Positions 62,644 to 64,000 of a stretch of 64,000 nt of DNA are shown piece after piece (positions within the stretch are counted from its first letter, which is position 1; every line of letters starts with the position of its first letter). The notes below the pieces were generated by a model. The model made no database searches, was not told where the DNA came from, and worked only from the letters and a program-made list of their open reading frames with translations. This DNA is from Verrucomicrobiota bacterium (GTDB taxonomy: Bacteria > Verrucomicrobiota > Verrucomicrobiia > JABWAM01). A program made the position numbers and the translations under genes. The stretch lies in contig JABDCI010000005.1 in assembly GCA_013288215.1 (NCBI GenBank), forward strand, positions 2,962 to 66,961, read 5' to 3'.

Positions 62644-62704
62644 CCATCAAAGAATGGAAGCGGGGATGCTTCCGATCCGGGCATCGGAAAAAATCAGCTA
62701 TGGA

Positions 62705-63085
62705 CTACCTGTCATGATGATCGTGTCGAGAGTCACCTTTCCGTGATCGATCATCACGGTCTCTCCAAGAGCCCTGGACCCAAAACCAGCCCTCGTGGCT
62801 TCTGGCCCAGCGACCTGGAGCCCAAACGACAGTTTCTCGAGGCGGATATTCCCAGTAGCCAGAATACCATACCCAAGAATCTCCTCGCCGTATCCAGTGT
62901 CCAGACACCCAAATATAACCCGGCCCAGGCGCCGCATACATGACCTCTTCACGCAGTGGAGGCGGTGCTTCTTGGACCACCACAACTCCAGCCGGCCTTG
63001 TTTCGAACCCAATGTTGACTTCAACGGCTTGAGCGCCGCGCATTAAACCGAAGATCAGGAAGAAGAAAAAAACAAGTCGTTTCAT
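62705..63085 (-). CDS. Small secreted YXWGXW/WxxGxW-repeat protein
   Basis: It has a signal peptide, LVFFFFLIFGLMRGAQA. The Trp-Gly repeats read YIWVSGHWIRRGDSWVWYSGYW...WAPGRW...GWFWVQGSW. Confidence 0.7.
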   Translation of the reverse strand: MKRLVFFFFLIFGLMRGAQAVEVNIGFETRPAGVVVVQEAPPPLREEVMYAAPGPGYIWVSGHWIRRGDSWVWYSGYWEYPPRETVVWAPGRWARSHEGWFWVQGSWRDRDDRSRKGDSRHDHHDR

Positions 63086-63394
63086 ATGAGTTCCGGATTT
63101 TAAAGGTTTTAGCCGTTTTCACTTTGGCAGTCATACAGCCTTTTTTTTAAGTGGATTTACCTATTCATAAAATATCCGTTTGGATCGCAACTGCAATCAG
63201 GACGAGCTATGAAAGTCCAATGGAGCTTTTCCCACAAGAAGGATGGGGCAAACCTCTACAAACCCCACGGCATGCCTGTTGGGCGCTTTAGAGATGGCAG
63301 GCGGCCCGGCAAAATATCAAACATGGGGCAGGATTTCCCGCTTGAGGTTCGTCCTGCGGAAGGTTCATCGGAAAATGACTTCCGGAAGAAAATC

Positions 63395-64000
63395 CTATGC
63401 TTTGATGCCTGCCCGCTTGCGCGCTGTGGGGTTGAGCAGGCGCTTGCGAAAGCGGATCGATTTGGGGGTGACTTCGACGTATTCATCAGGAGCAATATAT
63501 TCGATTGCGCGCTCAAGCGACATTTTCAGGGCGGGTTCGAGCATGATGCCTTTGCCTTCTCCCACGCTGCGCATATTCGTCAAATGCTTCGTCTTGCATG
63601 GATTGACATTCAAATCCTCGGCCCGTGGACATTCGCCCACAATCATTCCGACATAGATGGGATCGCCGGGCTCCACAAAAAGGCGGCCGCGTTCTTGAAG
63701 CTGGTCTAGGGCATAGGCGGTGGCGATTCCTTCCTCCATCGCGACCAGTGTGCCGGTGCTGCGCGTCATGATCTCGCCAGAGTAGGGGCGGTATTCTTTG
63801 AAAAGATGGCTCATGATTCCGGTGCCGCTTGTAACATTCACGAGTTCGGTCTCAAAACCGATCAATCCGCGCGTCGGAATGTCCGCCGAAACGGTGACAT
63901 TATTGCCGTGGTGCTGCATGTTCGTGACAAGTCCTTTTCTTCCGGCGATCGATTGGAGGATGGCGCCTAGCACGTCGTTGCTGACATCGACCGAGAGCTC
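63395..64000 (-). CDS. typA: Translational GTPase TypA/BipA, C-terminal part (the 5' end lies beyond the window)
   Basis: The frame is open to the window edge. It reads ELSVDVSNDVLGAILQSIAGRKG...IPTRGLIGF...LFVEPGDPIYVGMIVGE...VNPCKTKHLTNMR...EYVEVTPKSIRFRK, matching the BipA C-terminal domains. Confidence 0.88.
   Translation of the reverse strand, partial: ELSVDVSNDVLGAILQSIAGRKGLVTNMQHHGNNVTVSADIPTRGLIGFETELVNVTSGTGIMSHLFKEYRPYSGEIMTRSTGTLVAMEEGIATAYALDQLQERGRLFVEPGDPIYVGMIVGECPRAEDLNVNPCKTKHLTNMRSVGEGKGIMLEPALKMSLERAIEYIAPDEYVEVTPKSIRFRKRLLNPTARKRAGIKA

Noticed and set aside
61901-62943. Two long plus-strand ORFs (61901-62746 and 62068-62943)
   Set aside because: Their translations are Ser/Arg/Pro/Thr-rich and span two separate minus-strand ORFs that have more protein-like composition (one with a clean signal peptide and WxxGxW repeats). 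I treat them as shadow ORFs, although the coding strand at 61879-62643 is not proven.
63086-63394. 309-nt gap between typA and the YXWGXW gene as a possible ncRNA locus
   Set aside because: It contains only a weak 6-bp hairpin (CGGAAG/CTTCCG) without a U-tract and no recognisable conserved RNA motif. It is most simply a promoter and terminator spacer.
1-64000. Search for rRNA, tRNA, CRISPR arrays, IS elements, integrases, phage genes or classical defence systems
   Set aside because: By eye I found no cloverleaf-like or rRNA-like segment, no regularly spaced direct repeats, no transposase or integrase-like ORF, and no restriction, Cas or abortive-infection signature. The intergenic regions are short. 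The only mobile-type trace is the decayed antitoxin remnant. A tRNAscan/Infernal/CRISPR-finder run would be needed to be definitive.

Overview
This is a densely coding 64-kb chromosomal segment of about 60 CDS from a diderm bacterium. Lgt, KdsB, a SurA-like chaperone, PdxA and a TonB-dependent receptor are all present. Domain architectures such as kinase-FGE fusions and a YXWGXW protein hint at a PVC/Verrucomicrobia-like lineage, but that is a low-confidence inference. I found no rRNA, tRNA, CRISPR array, transposase or integrase.

Layout:
1. 1-7951 (-): nonulosonic-acid-type sugar cluster. It holds a NeuB-family synthase, an SpsF-like cytidylyltransferase, a DegT aminotransferase, an SDR epimerase, two Gfo/Idh/MocA oxidoreductases and a NodU-type carbamoyltransferase.
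2. 8140-9018: a PRMT-like methyltransferase.
3. 9102-12364 (-): HDOD protein, REC-HD-GYP regulator and a lipoprotein, translationally coupled to one another by 4-nt overlaps, followed by FlgM, which has its own sigma-28-type promoter.
4. 12.5-17.2 kb: redox, carbonic anhydrase, PhoBR-like two-component system and a NicO/RcnA-like exporter.
5. 17.3-20.4 kb (-): a GH99-like/CBM32 glycosidase followed by two paralogous small secreted proteins.
6. 20.5-25.1 kb: a mini-secretin-like protein, asd, a decayed DinJ/RelB remnant, an atypical ClpX/HslU-like AAA+ protein and tal.
7. 25210-35434 (+): an eight-gene cluster joining the type IV pilus ATPases PilT and PilB to an MglA/MglB small-GTPase module and four uncharacterised multidomain proteins. 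I consider this the best candidate for a novel system.
8. 35.5-43 kb: housekeeping genes (coaX, birA, cbiX, fbaB, NtrC-like regulator, rluD, lgt) plus a solitary RelE/ParE-like gene.
9. 43.1-47.9 kb: a zinc-ribbon Ser/Thr kinase and a single ORF fusing LMW-PTP, RpiB and serine hydroxymethyltransferase.
10. 50.4-57.0 kb: a cobalamin-riboswitch-controlled uptake operon (BtuB, BtuF, fused BtuD-BtuC) containing a Dph6/MJ0570-type PP-loop ATPase. A second paralog is transcribed divergently.
11. 57-64 kb: SurA-like, pdxA, kdsB, uvrB, two small unknown proteins and the 3' part of typA/bipA.

All calls come from reading the translated ORFs and the DNA by eye. No database search was run.
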